Source of the DNA: Gammaproteobacteria bacterium
Lineage (GTDB): Bacteria; Pseudomonadota; Gammaproteobacteria; JBPCXB01
Assembly (NCBI GenBank): GCA_051008935.1
Contig: JBPCXB010000110.1
Span: forward strand, 6,560-70,559
DNA: 64,000 bases
Reading direction: 5' to 3'
Shown: positions 29,643 to 40,073 of the stretch, in pieces
How the letters are laid out: every line of letters begins with the position of its first letter
How positions within the stretch are numbered: position 1 is the first letter of the stretch
Notes under the pieces: model-generated
Told to the model about the DNA's origin: nothing
The model's input: only the letters and a program-made list of their open reading frames with translations
Database searches by the model: none
Position numbers and translations under genes: made by a program

Positions 29643-30640
29643 GGCCTGTTTTCAGGCCAATCCAGAAGGATTTTGCCCATGCTCTGGTTGCTGGCCATGT
29701 ATGCATGCGCTTCAGCCGCCTGATGCCATGGGAAAATGCGATCAATAACAGGTTTGATTGTTCCTGTAGTGAGTGCCGGCCAGATCTCGGTCACCAGCTG
29801 GTTCATGATCTCTGTTTTTTTGGCAACGGGTTGCGCTCTCAATGTTGAGCCAATAATTTTTTGCCTTTTGATCAGAAGGTCGGAAAGCCGGATCTTTGCA
29901 TGTGCCCCGCCCATCAGCCCTATGATGATGGTGCGACCATCCGCAGCTAGAAGGCTTTGGTTTTGTTCGAAATAACTACCGCCCACTGGGTCTAAGATAA
30001 TGTCGATGCCGTTAGGGGACCAGTTTTTAACCTGATCGACCCAGTTTTGGGTTCTGATCGCACCGCCGTCTGCTTTGAGCTGCCGGCATTTGGCTATTTT
30101 GCTCTCGCTGCTGGCAGTGACGAAGCAAGAAGCGCCTATCAGTTGACACAGTTGGATAGCAGCTGTGCCGACACCGCTGCCTCCAGCGTGGATCAGTACT
30201 CTATCTCCAGCACGCATTTGACCTTGCATACAGAGATTGAAAAAAGCAGTTGCAAAGATTTCGGGCAGTGCGCCGGCAGTAACCAGATCCATGCCGTCTG
30301 GAATAGGAACTGCCTGTCCAGCTGGGCAAATCAGCTCTTGTGCATAGCCACCCCCGCTCAGCAAGGCGCATACAGGCTGGCCGAGTGGTAAGTGAGAGAC
30401 GGCAGCCCCTCGTTCCACTATCCATCCCGAACACTCGAGCCCCAACACACTGCTAGCACCAGGGGGCGGCGGGTAAAAGCCAGCCACCTGCGCTAGATCG
30501 GCGCGATTAATACCAGAAGTGTGTACTTTGATGCGCACTTCATCGGGTTCTAAAGAGGCCGTTTTGCCCAGATTGGTTAGCTGGAGCGTGCTTTCGTGGG
30601 CTATCCAACCCTGTATCGGGGGAGGGGATGAAGGAGACAT
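29639..30640 (-). CDS. qor: NAD(P)H:quinone oxidoreductase (zinc-free MDR, PIG3/Qor type). Start at MSPSSPPP is probable. The ORF track begins 12 codons upstream at a TTG.
   Basis: VRIKVHTSGINRADLAQVAGFYPPPPGASSVLGLECSG...GGSGVGTAAIQL. Confidence 0.75.
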   Translation of the reverse strand: MSPSSPPPIQGWIAHESTLQLTNLGKTASLEPDEVRIKVHTSGINRADLAQVAGFYPPPPGASSVLGLECSGWIVERGAAVSHLPLGQPVCALLSGGGYAQELICPAGQAVPIPDGMDLVTAGALPEIFATAFFNLCMQGQMRAGDRVLIHAGGSGVGTAAIQLCQLIGASCFVTASSESKIAKCRQLKADGGAIRTQNWVDQVKNWSPNGIDIILDPVGGSYFEQNQSLLAADGRTIIIGLMGGAHAKIRLSDLLIKRQKIIGSTLRAQPVAKKTEIMNQLVTEIWPALTTGTIKPVIDRIFPWHQAAEAHAYMASNQSMGKILLDWPENRP

Positions 30641-30761
30641 GGCGGCCAGCACCAGACTGGAGGAGTAACTATTCAACAGTCATTTTAGTGGCTGGTATCA
30701 GGGCACTGTCATCTAAAATACCACCATCTTTTTCAGGCGTAATTGCTCATACCGATCAGCT

Positions 30762-31544
30762 ATGAATATGCATTCGGCATCGCAGGCTCGATCCGTGAAA
30801 GATCGAGTGGTCGTTATCACCGGGGCAGGTAGCGGCATAGGAGCCGCGACTGCTGCTCTTTTTGCCGCCGAGGGGGCCAGGGTTATTGCTGTAGACCTTG
30901 ACCGCGAAAGAGTGAAGCGAATCGTCGCAGAGATTACTGCAGGCGGTGGAACGGCTGAGGCCGTATCGCTCGATGTAAGCGATAGACAGGCGATGCAGGC
31001 ATGCATGGACGATGTGGGCAAGCGTTTTGGAGTGCTAGATGTGCTGATCAATAACGCCGGCATATCAAGCCCTGCTTCCCTAGAGGCACCTGAGTTTCCA
31101 CAGATATGGGACAGAGCACTTGATGTGTTGCTGACCGCTCAAGTTTTTGCTGCAAGAGCGGCACTGCCTTGGTTGCGCCATTCCAGTGCTGCCCGTATTA
31201 TCAACGTTGCATCCAGTGAAGCGCTGGGGGCAACAGCCGCTATGGCTGCCTATACATCTGCAAAGACAGCTGTTGTAGGGTTAACACGTTCGCTGGCAGT
31301 GGAGTTGGGGGCCGAGCAGATCACGGTCAATTGCGTCTGTCCGGGTCCTATCAATACAGAGATGACAGCCGGTATTCCGGATGAGCAGAAACAGCGATAC
31401 GCTCGCAGACGCATTGCATTGAGACGCTACGCTGAACCCGCAGAAGTGGCTCATGCCATACTGTCTCTGGCTTTGCCTGCTTCTTCTTTTATTACCGGTG
31501 CGATATTGCCGGTAGATGGGGGGTTGACGGCACGCAACGCTTGA
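30762..31544 (+). CDS. SDR-family oxidoreductase
   Basis: VVVITGAGSGIGAATA...NNAG...YTSAKTAVVGLTRSLAVEL (TGxxxGxG, YxxxK). Confidence 0.8.
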   Translation: MNMHSASQARSVKDRVVVITGAGSGIGAATAALFAAEGARVIAVDLDRERVKRIVAEITAGGGTAEAVSLDVSDRQAMQACMDDVGKRFGVLDVLINNAGISSPASLEAPEFPQIWDRALDVLLTAQVFAARAALPWLRHSSAARIINVASSEALGATAAMAAYTSAKTAVVGLTRSLAVELGAEQITVNCVCPGPINTEMTAGIPDEQKQRYARRRIALRRYAEPAEVAHAILSLALPASSFITGAILPVDGGLTARNA

Positions 31545-31578
31545 TGACAAACAGGGCTCATAGGCAGCCCGGTACGCA

Positions 31579-31902
31579 TTAGCGAATTAAATACTGCTTC
31601 TTTTCTTTGACATCGGCCCATTTCTCTGCATCAGGCAGGGGCGCTTTTTGTTCGTTGATATTGGGCCATTCTTCTGCAAGCCGAGCGTTGATTTCGATAA
31701 ATTCCTGTTGTTCTTCGGGCACTTCGTCGTCAGCAAATATGGCATCTACCGGGCATTCAGGTACGCACAGGCCGCAATCGATACACTCGTCCGGATGAAT
31801 AACTAGAAAATTGTCGCCTTCATAAAAACAATCCACAGGACAGACTTCGACGCAGTCAGTATGTTTGCATTTGATACAGGATTCGGTGACGATATAGGTC
31901 AT
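31579..31902 (-). CDS. fdxA: 7Fe ferredoxin (Azotobacter FdxA type)
   Basis: [21 protein letters not shown]...[12 protein letters not shown]. Diverges from mutS, as in pseudomonads. Confidence 0.85.
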   Translation of the reverse strand: MTYIVTESCIKCKHTDCVEVCPVDCFYEGDNFLVIHPDECIDCGLCVPECPVDAIFADDEVPEEQQEFIEINARLAEEWPNINEQKAPLPDAEKWADVKEKKQYLIR

Positions 31903-32016
31903 TGGTTTGGGGGTTGTCAGCTGGTTACAGAGTGTGCAGTTCTATCATCATTCTAGCGTTGAGCCATTTGACTGGTCAATTTGCATCTGGTGGCAATTGT
32001 CGACGTTAGTCGCTAT

Positions 32017-34695
32017 TTAGTCACTAGGGGCATCACGCGGTGATGGGCGCGATATGCGCTGCTGCACACTGTATAAATAATCCAACGCTTCCCGAGGGCT
32101 TAAGTGATCCAGGTCGATTTGTTGTACTTCATTGAGCAGGCGCTCTACCTCGATCAGCCGGGGATTTGCGTCCTGTTTGTCTCTAAGCTTTGAAGGAGTG
32201 GGTTCTGCGTTGTTGTTTTCGGGTGTGAATAACTGCTGCTGATCTTGATGGCTGTGACGGCTCTGGTATTCCAGCCTAGAGAATTCTTTTTGAGCTATAT
32301 CGAGGAAAGATGCGGGCAATCCTGCTAATTGGGCTACTTCCAGACCATAGCTCTGGCTGGCCGGACCGGATTGCGCTTGATACAGAAAGCGGAGGCCGTT
32401 TTTAGCGTCTTTTTCAGCTGAAAAGTGAATATTTGTAGCTGCAGGTATAGACTGCGCTGTTTCCGCCAACTCTACGAAATGGGTGGCAAAGAGTGTGTAG
32501 CATGGCTTGGTTTTACCAAACCAGTGCAGGCAAGCGAAGGACAGGGCTTTTCCGTCTTGGGTGCCAGTGCCGCGCCCAATCTCGTCCAGTAAAACCAGGC
32601 TGTCTGCAGTGGCATTGGCCAGCAGATAGGCCAGCTCGGTCATCTCCACCATAAAAGTTGATTGCCCACGACCCAAACGATCCGATGCGCCGATGCGTGT
32701 CAGAATACGGTCGATGGGCCCGATCTGTGCGGATCTTGCTGCTACAAAGCAACCGGCATGTGCCATCAGTACAGTAAGAGCCGTTTGGCGCATATAGGTT
32801 GATTTGCCGCCCATATTCGGGCCAGTAATCAGCAGCAGTCGGCAGTTGGGCTGTAGCTTTAAACCGTTGGCTGTAAACGGAGTCTTTTGTAAAGCGGCGA
32901 CCACGGGATGCCAGCCTTCAGAGATGTGCAGTATGGGCTTGCTGATTAATTGCGGACGCACCAAGTTCAGGCTCAGGCTGCGCTCGGCTTGGCTGGCAAC
33001 CACATCCAGCTCTGCCAATGCATCGGCAAGCGCCCTGAGCGGTGCAAGTTGCGCTAGGATTTGTTCGCACAGCGCATTGTAGACCCACTTTTCTCGTTCT
33101 AGCGTGCGTGTTTGCAAGCCCAATATGGTGGATTCGAGCTGTTGTAATTCCTGAGTGGCGAAGCGTTGGGCGTTTTTCAGGGTTTGTTGGATGTGGTATT
33201 CTTTGGGCAGGTCGCTGGTGCGGGAGCGTGGTATTTCAAGATAGTACCCATGCACGCGGTTATAGCCAGCTTTCAGTTGCCGAATGCCAGTCGACAGGCG
33301 TTCTTTTTCTTCAATCTGGCGTAGCGTCTGGCCGGAACCCTGACTGGACAGCCGCAGGCTATCCAGCTGTGGATCGTATCCAGAAGCAATCATGCCGCCA
33401 TCGCGAATTGTTGCAGGGGGTGTTTCTACTAGAGCGGTATGCAGCACATCGCGCAGTTGTTCTAAAAGCGGGTTTGAGAACTGCATGTTCAGTAGATTAC
33501 AAGGCTCAGTCTCCGGTTGTTTCAAGGCTTCAATTAATGCGGGCATGGTCAGCAGGATATTTCGAATGCGCACTAGATCTCTAGGGGGAGCGTTGCCCAG
33601 CTGGATTCGAGTGAGGGTTCTTGCTAAATCGCCAAAAGGTTGCATAAGGCGCTGGATCTTGTCGAGTTGAGGCGATTGCATCAATTGCTCTATGGCGTTA
33701 TACCGTTCTTCCAGTAGTTCGCGATTGCGGGTAGGCGCATGCAATCTATTCCGCAGTAGCCTGGCACCCATAGGTGTAGAGGTACTGTCCAAAACTGCCA
33801 GTAAGGTTGCTTGCTGGTCGCCGGATAGGCTGCGGTCAATCTCTAAGCTTTGCCGGCTGGCCGGATCGATGACCAGCATATCGCGCTGCTTCTCATTGAC
33901 CAGTTTTTGAAAAGGAAGCTGTGTGCGAAGTGTTTCCGATGCATAGCACAACAGTGCGCCTAAAGCGCCGAAGCTTGCATGCATATCGGTGCAATCTTGT
34001 AACATCAGAGAGTCTTCGAGCTGCCTTGTGACGCGTACCCGCCCTTCTTTGGCATCGAATTCCCAGTCTGGGCGCGGCAATATCTGGAATTTGACAGCTT
34101 CTTCTGCCTGCTCGTTCAGTTGGTTCAGATGCTGTTGCAGCCATTCGGTTTGCGGATTATCGGGGATGAGAATTTCCCGCGCGTGGCGGCGGTGTAGTTC
34201 GGTTTGTATTTCTTCTGGCCGGCTCATCTCGGTAGCAAACAGGCAACCTTGGCTGACATCCATCCATCCCAACCCATAATGCTGGCTTCGGGGGTCTGCG
34301 AAAATAGCAGCAACCAGATTGTCCCGCGAGCCCGGCAACAACTCTTCCTCGCTGAGTGTTCCGGGCGTTACGATCCGGGTAATCTGGCGCTCCATGAGCT
34401 TGCTTTTGCCTGCTTCTCCCACCTGATCGCAGATGACCACGGATTCGCCCAAGCGCAGCAGGCGGGCTAGATAGTTATCGAGTGAATGCACTGGCACTCC
34501 TGCCATAGGCACCTCACCTCTCTGAGTCAGGGTCAGATCCAGCAAAGATGCAATGCGTTGCGCATCTTCAAAGAAGAGCTCAAAAAAATCACCCATGCGA
34601 AAAAACAGAAACTTGTTGGGTTGTTGCTGTTTAAGCGCCTTGTATTGGCGCATCATGGGAGTATCAATTGAGTGCGAAGATGGATTCGGGCTCAT
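32017..34695 (-). CDS. mutS: DNA mismatch repair protein MutS
   Basis: TPMMRQYKALKQQQPNKFLFFRMGDFFELF..., Walker A GPNMGGKST, 892 aa. Confidence 0.95.
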   Translation of the reverse strand: MSPNPSSHSIDTPMMRQYKALKQQQPNKFLFFRMGDFFELFFEDAQRIASLLDLTLTQRGEVPMAGVPVHSLDNYLARLLRLGESVVICDQVGEAGKSKLMERQITRIVTPGTLSEEELLPGSRDNLVAAIFADPRSQHYGLGWMDVSQGCLFATEMSRPEEIQTELHRRHAREILIPDNPQTEWLQQHLNQLNEQAEEAVKFQILPRPDWEFDAKEGRVRVTRQLEDSLMLQDCTDMHASFGALGALLCYASETLRTQLPFQKLVNEKQRDMLVIDPASRQSLEIDRSLSGDQQATLLAVLDSTSTPMGARLLRNRLHAPTRNRELLEERYNAIEQLMQSPQLDKIQRLMQPFGDLARTLTRIQLGNAPPRDLVRIRNILLTMPALIEALKQPETEPCNLLNMQFSNPLLEQLRDVLHTALVETPPATIRDGGMIASGYDPQLDSLRLSSQGSGQTLRQIEEKERLSTGIRQLKAGYNRVHGYYLEIPRSRTSDLPKEYHIQQTLKNAQRFATQELQQLESTILGLQTRTLEREKWVYNALCEQILAQLAPLRALADALAELDVVASQAERSLSLNLVRPQLISKPILHISEGWHPVVAALQKTPFTANGLKLQPNCRLLLITGPNMGGKSTYMRQTALTVLMAHAGCFVAARSAQIGPIDRILTRIGASDRLGRGQSTFMVEMTELAYLLANATADSLVLLDEIGRGTGTQDGKALSFACLHWFGKTKPCYTLFATHFVELAETAQSIPAATNIHFSAEKDAKNGLRFLYQAQSGPASQSYGLEVAQLAGLPASFLDIAQKEFSRLEYQSRHSHQDQQQLFTPENNNAEPTPSKLRDKQDANPRLIEVERLLNEVQQIDLDHLSPREALDYLYSVQQRISRPSPRDAPSD

Positions 34696-34775
34696 CTCTC
34701 GCTCCAGACAAGCAGATTAACATAAAGTTATTATCTACAGAGTGGATTCTCAGTACCTGCAAGAGGGACTAAACG

Positions 34776-35315
34776 ATGAACGATCTGGCGCAGATCGATA
34801 AGCTAGATGGCGATTTCAATCTGGCGATAGAACAACAAGTGGCGACACTAGGCAGCCTCCTTGAGGACCTAAAGACGCGTATTGTCACAGCTGAATCCTG
34901 CACAGGCGGTTGGCTATCAGCTGCGCTGACCTCGGTAGCAGGCTCATCTAAATGGTTTGGAACAGGCGTTTGTACTTATGCGAACAGCGCAAAGGTACAG
35001 ATTTTGGGCGTATCTGAGCAGATGCTGGTAGCGCATGGCGCAGTCAGTAAAGAGGTCGTGCAGGCAATGGCATCCGGTGCTTTGCGGCTTGATCCGGGGG
35101 CAGTGATTTCAGTGGCTATCAGCGGAGTTGCAGGCCCCGGCCAATCGGCTGCTCATAGCGCTGGAACGGTGTACATGGCTTGGATGTTGCGTGGGCAGCA
35201 AGCCCGCATTCAGAAGTTTATTTTTGACGGCACACGCAATGAAGTACGTTTGTCTTCGATCAAAGTCGCTCTCCGTGGTGCTATACAGGATATAGAAGCG
35301 TTGATGGGTACATAG
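34776..35315 (+). CDS. pncC: CinA-family protein (NMN amidohydrolase PncC-like)
   Basis: RIVTAESCTGGWLSAALTSVAGSS...GVAGPG. Conserved position upstream of recA. Confidence 0.8.
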   Translation: MNDLAQIDKLDGDFNLAIEQQVATLGSLLEDLKTRIVTAESCTGGWLSAALTSVAGSSKWFGTGVCTYANSAKVQILGVSEQMLVAHGAVSKEVVQAMASGALRLDPGAVISVAISGVAGPGQSAAHSAGTVYMAWMLRGQQARIQKFIFDGTRNEVRLSSIKVALRGAIQDIEALMGT

Positions 35316-35431
35316 AGTGCATAAAATCTGCTTTGTGTGCTAGCTCCCGTTATGGTTTGAGAGCAGATACTAAACTGGGCCATAGGCGTGGGCCCACAAA
35401 CAGGTTTAATTTTCAGTGAGAGAGGAATAGC

Positions 35432-36460
35432 GTGTCGGCAGCAAAAGAGCGTGCGGAAAACCGCACCAATAAGCAACAGGTTCTTCAAGGTGCATTGAGG
35501 CAGCTCAATAAACAATTCGGCGAGGGGGTGGTGATGCGTCTAGGGGAGCAACCTTCCGATTCAATATCTGTTATTTCGACAGGTTCCATGGCTTTAGATG
35601 CGGCTTTGGGCGTTGGTGGGCTGCCCAGAGGGCGGGTGGTAGAAATTTACGGCCCTGAATCGTCTGGCAAGACAACGCTGTCTTTGCATGTCATAGCAGA
35701 AGCGCAGAAAGCAGGGGGTATTGCCGCATTTATCGATTCAGAGCACGCTCTAGATCCTACTTATGCTGCCAAGCTGGGCGTGGATGTAGATCAGCTGCTG
35801 GTATCTCAGCCCGACAGTGGCGAACAGGCTTTAGAAATTGCAGATACGCTGATTAATTCAGGAGCAGTCGATCTGATTGTCATCGATTCAGTGGCAGCAT
35901 TGGTGCCCCGTGCTGAGATAGATGGCGAGATGGGAGATCAGCATATGGGTCTTCAGGCCCGCTTGATGTCACAGGCCTTGCGGAAAATCACTGGTAATTT
36001 GAAAAAATCCAATACAACGATTGTTTTCATCAACCAGATTCGTATGAAAATCGGAGTCATGTTTGGTAACCCGGAAACAACGACTGGGGGCAATGCCCTC
36101 AAGTTTTATTCTTCGGTACGGCTCGATATTCGTCAGATCGGCAAAATCAGAGAGGGCGATGAAATAGTCGGAGGGCAGACACGTGTGCGGGTTGTCAAAA
36201 ACAAGGTCGCTCCTCCCTTCCGGGATGCGGAATTTCAGATTTTTTACGGTAAGGGCATTGATCGGCTGGGCGAGGTTATCGATCAAGGCGTGGCAAAAGA
36301 TGTTATTGAAAAATCAGGCGCTTGGTACGGATATAACGGCCAAAGAATTGGCCAAGGCAAAGCGAAGGTGAGGGATTTTCTGCAGGCGAAGCCCGAAATT
36401 CTGCAGCAGATAGAGCAGGATTTAAAGCAGAAGAACGCCCCTGCCACCGAGACTGCCTGA
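35432..36460 (+). CDS. recA: Recombinase RecA (GTG start)
   Basis: Essentially co-linear with E. coli RecA ([17 protein letters not shown]...[29 protein letters not shown]). Confidence 0.95.
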   Translation: MSAAKERAENRTNKQQVLQGALRQLNKQFGEGVVMRLGEQPSDSISVISTGSMALDAALGVGGLPRGRVVEIYGPESSGKTTLSLHVIAEAQKAGGIAAFIDSEHALDPTYAAKLGVDVDQLLVSQPDSGEQALEIADTLINSGAVDLIVIDSVAALVPRAEIDGEMGDQHMGLQARLMSQALRKITGNLKKSNTTIVFINQIRMKIGVMFGNPETTTGGNALKFYSSVRLDIRQIGKIREGDEIVGGQTRVRVVKNKVAPPFRDAEFQIFYGKGIDRLGEVIDQGVAKDVIEKSGAWYGYNGQRIGQGKAKVRDFLQAKPEILQQIEQDLKQKNAPATETA

Positions 36461-36539
36461 GTTTTTTTCAGTAAGCCCTGATACATCACTTGAGCAGGGT
36501 TTATAATTGCTGCAATTTACGAGATCGGAAGTATCTGTC

Positions 36540-37718
36540 ATGCCCCAAGCCTATATAGTCAATGCCGTCAGGACCGCCGGCGGCCGCAGAGAAGGAAGCC
36601 TCAGAGAATGGCACCCTGCTGATCTGGGTGCTGCCGTCTTGGATGAGTTGGTTGCTCGCAGTCAATTTGCCCCTGAATTGATCGATGACGTTATTTTTGG
36701 GTGCGTCAGTCAGGTTGGTGCTCAATCTGGTAACTTGGCACGCAATGCGGTGCTGTCATCTGGCTTGCCAGAATCTGTGCCTGGCACCACGGTCGATCGT
36801 CAGTGTGGATCATCCCAGCAAGCCATTCATTTTGCAGTGCAGGCGGTGCTATCTGGTACGCAGGATATCGTCATTGCAGGCGGTGTTGAAGTGATGAGTA
36901 AAGTGCCCATTGGAGCCAGTGTCGTCGACGGGTACAAAGCAGGTCATGGCCAGCCTTTTAACGGCGATGGTATTGCAAAACGCTATCCGGGGGTTCAATT
37001 CAGTCAGTTCACCGGTGCTGAGATGATCGCAAAGCAATGGAATTTAGAGCGGCGGGATCTGGATGCTTTTGCGCTAAGCAGCCATCAAAAGGCTCTACAG
37101 GCAACTGAGGCAGGCTACTTTGATCGGGAACTGGTCGCTTTAGAAGGCCAGACTCCTGCAGGTGAGCCTTGTTTAGTGAGCCGAGATGAGGGTATTCGGG
37201 CGGATTGCAGTCTGGAAGGTTTGTCCGGCTTGAAACTTTTGGATGAAAAGAACGGCAGGCTCACAGCTGGAACTGCTAGCCAGATTACAGACGGTGCTGC
37301 TGCTGTTCTGATCTGTAATGAAGAAGGTTTAAAGAAGTTGGGATCGGACCCACGTGCCCGTATTGTCGCTCTCGCGCTAGCGGGAACGGACCCAGTCACT
37401 ATGCTTACTGGCCCTATTCCCGCCACGCAGAAAGTGCTTGAGCGGGCAGGTCTTGCCATATCGCAGATGGCGCTTTATGAAGTCAACGAAGCTTTTGCGT
37501 CAGTACCCTTGGCTTGGCTGCACGATACAAAGGCCGACGCTGAGAAGCTGAATGTCAATGGTGGGGCTATTGCGTTGGGGCATCCTTTGGGCGCCACAGG
37601 TGCCAAGCTGATGACGACCTTGCTCCATGAGTTGGAGCGTAGAGAAGGTCAGTACGGTTTGCAGGCCATCTGTGAAGGCGGGGGCACCGCCAATGCAACC
37701 ATCATCGAACGCTGTTGA
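36540..37718 (+). CDS. Acetyl-CoA C-acyltransferase (thiolase)
   Basis: AYIVNAVRTAGGRR...CGSSQQA...NVNGGAIALGHPLGATGA...CEGGGTANA. Confidence 0.85.
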   Translation: MPQAYIVNAVRTAGGRREGSLREWHPADLGAAVLDELVARSQFAPELIDDVIFGCVSQVGAQSGNLARNAVLSSGLPESVPGTTVDRQCGSSQQAIHFAVQAVLSGTQDIVIAGGVEVMSKVPIGASVVDGYKAGHGQPFNGDGIAKRYPGVQFSQFTGAEMIAKQWNLERRDLDAFALSSHQKALQATEAGYFDRELVALEGQTPAGEPCLVSRDEGIRADCSLEGLSGLKLLDEKNGRLTAGTASQITDGAAAVLICNEEGLKKLGSDPRARIVALALAGTDPVTMLTGPIPATQKVLERAGLAISQMALYEVNEAFASVPLAWLHDTKADAEKLNVNGGAIALGHPLGATGAKLMTTLLHELERREGQYGLQAICEGGGTANATIIERC

Positions 37719-37744
37719 GTGCTTTAGCATCCACAGGTTGGATG

Positions 37745-39526
37745 CTATTGGGGTGCATGCAATAAAGCGACCAATTCGCTGATATCAGCGTTGTGGGGAA
37801 GGAGTTGCACGCGGCCAGTCTGGCGGTGTCTGTATTCAATCTGCCCATTCTTGAGATTGCGCTCGCCGATGATCAGTGCATGAGGAATGCCGATCAGTTC
37901 GTAATCGGCCAGCTTGTGCCCTGGTCTGATATCTCGGTCATCGAGCAGCACTTCAATCTGTGCATCGCGTAGTTTGCCATAGAGGTCGTTAGCCAAATCA
38001 ACGGTTTCTGGAGACTGTGCCCGAGAGTGCAATGGAATGATGGCCAGTTGGAAAGGTGCAATGCTGGATGGCCATATAATCCCTTTTTCGTCGGCATTTT
38101 GTTCAATGGCAGCGGCTAGAATGCGGCTGACACCTATACCATAGCAGCCCATCACAGGTGCCACGTTTTTGGACTCTGGGCTGAGTACTTGAACAGACAT
38201 GGGGCTACTGTAGCGGTCGCTCAATTGGAAAATATGCCCGACTTCAATGCCGGTAGCAGCTTTCAATATTCCGTCTCCAGCTGGGCTCAGGTCGCCTTCA
38301 ACGGCCAGCCGCAAATCGCAGATGCGCGTCCATTGCGCATCTCTTTCCCAATTAGCGTTCAGGTAGTGCAGATCGTCTTGATTGGCACCGCAGCAAAAAT
38401 TGTCCACGGCAGCAGCGTGGATGTCGACTAGCACCGGGATGGGGCAGTTCACTGGTCCTAGCGAGCCGGAGCTGGCATGCATGGCAGTTTTAATGTCCTC
38501 GGCACTGGCCATGGTCAGAGGTTGGGCTATTTCTGGCTGGCGTTCCGCCTTGAGTTCATTGAGTTGGTGGTCTCCTCTGAGTACCAGTGCCACCAGTGCT
38601 CCCTGCGTACCCTGTGCTCCTTGTGCCTCCTGTGCTCCTTGTGCACCCCGGGGCGCAACTGTTTGGTTGCCTTTGACAATCAACGTTTTTAGGCTGGATT
38701 CGGGAGGAATTTGTAAAGCGGTACACACCTCTTCAATCGTGCGCAATTCAGGGGTCGGCACGGTCTCGATGGGCAGTTTTTGATTGGTTGGCGTGCGTTT
38801 TTCTGGGTCAGCCGCGCGAGCAAGTTCTGTATTGGCTGCATAAAGGCCTCCTTCGCTGAGCAAAATACGGTCTTCGCCAGAATCGGCCAGCACTTGAAAC
38901 TCTTCGGACTGGCTCCCCCCTATAGAGCCGGAATCGGCCTTGACAATACGATAATCCAGACCGATGCGATCGAAAATACGGGAATAAGCGCCGCGCATTT
39001 GTTGATAGGTTTCTTCGAGTGACTCGGCATCTAAATGAAAGCTGTAGGCATCTTTCATCAGAAATTCGCGGCAGCGTATCAGGCCAAATCTGGGGCGCAA
39101 CTCGCTGCGGTATTTCGTTTGGATTTGGTAGTAGCATACCGGTAGATCGCGATAGCTTTTGATCTGCTCGCGTGCTAGAGCGCAGATTACTTCTTCATGC
39201 GTGGGGCCCAGACAGAATTGGCGTCCTTTCCGGTCTTCAAAACGTTGCAGTTCGGGGCCGTATTCGTCCCATCTGCCAGATTGCTTCCAGAGCGCGGCAG
39301 GTTGAGCAATGGGCAGGCTGACTTCTAAGCTGCCGATTGCATCCATTTCTTGGCGCACGATGGCCTCCACTTTGCGCAACACCCTCAGACCCATAGGTAG
39401 CCAGCTATAAAGGCCCGCAGCTTCCATGCGCACCAGCCCTGCTCGTAGCAACAGCTTGTGGTTGATGGCAACGGCGTCAGCAGGCTCTTCTTTAGTGGTA
39501 TTAAGGCGTAGGAATGAAGTGCGCAT
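37745..39526 (-). CDS. proS: Proline--tRNA ligase (bacterial type with editing domain)
   Basis: Co-linear with E. coli ProS (MRTSFLRLNTTKEEPADA...RAGLVR...LVLRGDHQLNE...). Confidence 0.95.
   Translation of the reverse strand: MRTSFLRLNTTKEEPADAVAINHKLLLRAGLVRMEAAGLYSWLPMGLRVLRKVEAIVRQEMDAIGSLEVSLPIAQPAALWKQSGRWDEYGPELQRFEDRKGRQFCLGPTHEEVICALAREQIKSYRDLPVCYYQIQTKYRSELRPRFGLIRCREFLMKDAYSFHLDAESLEETYQQMRGAYSRIFDRIGLDYRIVKADSGSIGGSQSEEFQVLADSGEDRILLSEGGLYAANTELARAADPEKRTPTNQKLPIETVPTPELRTIEEVCTALQIPPESSLKTLIVKGNQTVAPRGAQGAQEAQGAQGTQGALVALVLRGDHQLNELKAERQPEIAQPLTMASAEDIKTAMHASSGSLGPVNCPIPVLVDIHAAAVDNFCCGANQDDLHYLNANWERDAQWTRICDLRLAVEGDLSPAGDGILKAATGIEVGHIFQLSDRYSSPMSVQVLSPESKNVAPVMGCYGIGVSRILAAAIEQNADEKGIIWPSSIAPFQLAIIPLHSRAQSPETVDLANDLYGKLRDAQIEVLLDDRDIRPGHKLADYELIGIPHALIIGERNLKNGQIEYRHRQTGRVQLLPHNADISELVALLHAPQ
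38601..38650 (-). repeat. In-frame 9-bp microsatellite (GCACAAGGA/GCACAGGAG) giving a GAQGAQEAQGAQGTQGA insertion in the proS editing domain
   Basis: DNA tract ccctgcgtaccctgtgctccttgtgcctcctgtgctccttgtgcacc on the + strand. Absent from the E. coli ProS alignment at this point. Confidence 0.75.
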
Positions 39527-39686
39527 CGGGAATAGGCGTTTGCTTTAAGCCGCTAGGCGGGCAGGTCGTTCGGACAGGTTATAGCTTTGCCTGTTAGGCA
39601 AGGCATTTATAATTTTGCATGAATAGAAGGGCTGATACTTACCTGAAGATGTATCAGCTAAGAGACAATTGCGATGCTCGGTTATT

Positions 39687-40049
39687 ATGCCACTCTATGA
39701 TTACAAGTGCGGTTCCTGCGGGAAAATTGAAGAAATATTGAAGCGCAGCTCAGATGGCGAGGCGGTGATGTGCTCTGCGTGTCAGTGCGCCATGCAACTT
39801 CAGGTTTCGGCCCCATTTTTTCGATTGAAAGGAGGGGGCTGGTATGAGACAGACTTTAAATCAGGCAATCAACGCAATGTCGCTGGAACATCCGATGCCA
39901 GCAGCTCGCCTGCCCCTCAAGAGAATAAATCAGAGAGCAAGTCAGATAAAAAATCAGAGAACAAATCTAGTAACCAGAAATCTGACGGCGGCAGTGGGAC
40001 TTCAGCGGTTTCAAATTCTGCCGGTGCAGGTGAATCTGCGGGATCTTGA
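39687..40049 (+). CDS. FmdB-family zinc-ribbon protein with a low-complexity acidic/Ser-rich tail
   Basis: MPLYDYKCGSCG...CSACQC, a CxxC...CxxC ribbon. Confidence 0.6.
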   Translation: MPLYDYKCGSCGKIEEILKRSSDGEAVMCSACQCAMQLQVSAPFFRLKGGGWYETDFKSGNQRNVAGTSDASSSPAPQENKSESKSDKKSENKSSNQKSDGGSGTSAVSNSAGAGESAGS

Positions 40050-40073
40050 CAATTGTTAGCCGGTTCTATGTCG

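Noticed and set aside
35316-35431. LexA/SOS box upstream of recA
   Set aside because: Searched for CTGT-N8-ACAG-type dyads and found none convincing. This lineage may use a different LexA motif. Not called.
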